From Psilocybe cubensis (lineage: Eukaryota), in NCBI GenBank assembly GCA_017499595.2, contig CM039002.1, positions 310,001-374,000 of the forward strand: a DNA stretch of 64,000 nt, in the 5' to 3' direction. This document shows, piece by piece, positions 62,176 to 64,000 of this stretch; the stretch's first letter is position 1; every line of letters begins with the position of its first letter. The notes below the pieces were generated by a model. That model did not search any database. It was not told the DNA's origin and saw nothing but the letters and a program-made list of their open reading frames with translations. The translations under genes and the position numbers were made by a program.

Positions 62176-63399
62176 ATGGACGGTGCCATCGAAGACGAAA
62201 AAAAGCCATTTGACGCCGAAACAGCGCAGGACGATGATGCGCAGCCTGATCCCGATGAACATTTGATGCTGAATCAGGGCTCTGGAGCTGTATGGATTGT
62301 CAAGGTGCGCTTGAGTAGACAGACCCTATCTTCACGCGCTTGAGCTGGCCCCCAGGTTCCCAAATTTTTGATGGAACGCTGGTCTGCGGTGAACGCAGAA
62401 GATGTGCATCTCGCTACGATACGCCTATACCAACTACCAGACGGGAAGCAACGCGTTGTGTTGTTCCTACCACCTAACCGAGATCCTTCCATACCACCTT
62501 CTTCTCAACCACCACCTCCGGAGAACCCCAATAGACCTACCTTTGACCCCTCCGCGTACACAACCTATACGGCTTTGGGTTCGGAACCGGATTGCTACGA
62601 ACTCGATTTGGTCATTGAGGATGTTCAAAACCAGGTCGTGGTCGCCGAACGGCCCAAAGATGCCTCCACGTCTGCATTTTCATCTTCCTCCCAACCCACC
62701 CCTCCAAATAGCCGTGCGCGTACGACGATCTTGACTGGGAAAATAAAAAACGAATTCAACATGCGTCCGGCTCTTACCGCCACGTATCGCAAGCAAATGA
62801 GAGAGCGCCATAGAAAGGCCAATACACCGGCGAGGCAGATCAGGATGATTGACGAGGCTGGAGTGCCAGGTGGCAGAGGAGGTGTGAACAGACTGAGCAG
62901 TGGCGTTGGCGTGGGGTCTGGGAATGCATTTGGGGATCTTATTGTGCGTTCTTTCATCTTGATATTTTTCCTTTGTTTACATCCCACAGCGCACAAAACC
63001 AAAACCTGCCAAGGGTGCTTTCGAGCGCATGGCCCGCATGCCTCGCAATCAACTTCTCGACGCTCTTTTCTCACTGTTCCGAGAGTCTCCACGTTGGTCT
63101 ATTAAACCTTTGCGGGATAAAACACAACAACCAGAGGTATACCTGAAGGAGGTGTTACAAGAAATCGCAATGCTGCATAAGAGTGGCGAATATAATGGCT
63201 TGTGGGAATTGAAGGATGTTTTCAAAGAAGAAGGAAGCGTAAGTTGTTTGCTTTTGATGGAAAGCGATTACGCTGATACTTGGCTTAGATGAAAGCGGAG
63301 AATGTGCCTCTCACAGCTGGGACCAGTGGTGATGTCAAAATGGAAGACGATGATGATGACGACGACGACGAAGACGATGATATGGAGGAAGTTTCATAG
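62176..63399 (+). CDS. TFG2: Transcription initiation factor TFIIF beta subunit (RAP30)
   Basis: VWIVK/VPKFLMERW, TILTGKIKNEFNMRP, ARMPRNQLLDALFSLFRESPRWSIKPLRDKTQQPEVYLKEVLQEIAMLHKSGEYNGLWELK, acidic tail. Confidence 0.93.
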
Positions 63400-63901
63400 G
63401 TCATTTTTCGCATTTTATTCTATCCTATATCACCAGTGCACTTGTAAGTAATTTGTATCAACTATCACATTTCTCTTTCTGTCTGAGGCAATGCTCTCTC
63501 GGTGTTGTATGGCATGTTTCGGGCCGGGGCTCCAGGTGCATGGACGAAACACTCTCTGTTCCGGGAATCTGTTAATTTCTTCATCACCGTGAAGCTAATC
63601 TGTTCATGGCAATCATATTTTCCACTCTCGCGCATGCACCCTTTAGCACAGGCATCGATATCAGGTTTTCGTTTTCTCATGAGTTGCTGATGGCTTCTGA
63701 TGCGGTGTGTACGGGTTGTACCCAAGTACGATTGTAGTTGGCCACAACGCAGTGTCCATCTTATATGGTACCCTCTTTGTTCCTTCAAGAAAACATCTAT
63801 CTCTATGGAGACAATGGGGACATGTATGAGATATAAATTGGAGGTGTAGGTCGAGCTCAAATATTCATCTTCAGCTCTAACCACTTTTCGACCTCATAGA
63901 A

Positions 63902-64000
63902 ATGCTCTCTCCTTTTCAAGAACCTGTTAAATGGGATCACACCCCTGAAAGCCTCAGCGAAGAGGCGGATGCGGCCATTGCGCGTTTCAAGCGTGCGCTG
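63902..64000 (+). CDS. Probable N-terminus of an M3 metallopeptidase (thimet oligopeptidase/saccharolysin-like), runs off window
   Basis: MLSPFQEPVKWDHTPESLSEEADAAIARFKRAL resembles fungal M3A N-termini; only 33 codons are visible. Confidence 0.45.
   Translation, partial: MLSPFQEPVKWDHTPESLSEEADAAIARFKRAL

Noticed and set aside
1-64000. tRNA/rRNA genes and a secondary-metabolite gene cluster
   Set aside because: No recognisable RNA gene and no PKS, NRPS, terpene synthase or tryptamine-pathway gene by eye; a tRNAscan/Infernal run would be needed to exclude small RNAs.

Overview
Eukaryotic, intron-rich fungal DNA. The short 45-65 nt GT-AG introns and the gene families point to an Agaricomycete mushroom; I cannot verify the species. 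Recognisable conserved genes are RPS10, cytochrome c, the PP1 inhibitor Ypi1, indoleamine 2,3-dioxygenase, TFIIF beta (TFG2), a CE4 polysaccharide deacetylase, an O-fucosyltransferase-like protein, a MYND finger protein and an MDR oxidoreductase. They are interspersed with lineage-expanded families: several F-box/LRR genes (one frameshifted), two multi-pass membrane proteins and a tandem pair of Bem46/ABHD13 hydrolases. Mobile DNA comprises three copies of a TA-flanked MITE, a 716-bp TIR element with an 8-bp TSD, and a hAT transposase relic. Two regions stand out. (1) At 44.5-49.3 kb, an NB-ARC/TPR NLR with an N-terminal amyloid-like motif and a C-terminal hydrophobic tail lies head-to-head with an intact-ORF Ran1-like pseudokinase that lacks its catalytic residues. 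(2) At about 2.9-8.3 kb, an AT-rich element-like island carries a putative ssDNA-binding gene, a split F-box/nucleotidyltransferase-like gene and six 41-bp palindromes (four in a 69-bp tandem array) showing compensatory base changes. Gene models were spliced by eye and family calls come from motif recognition, not database searches.
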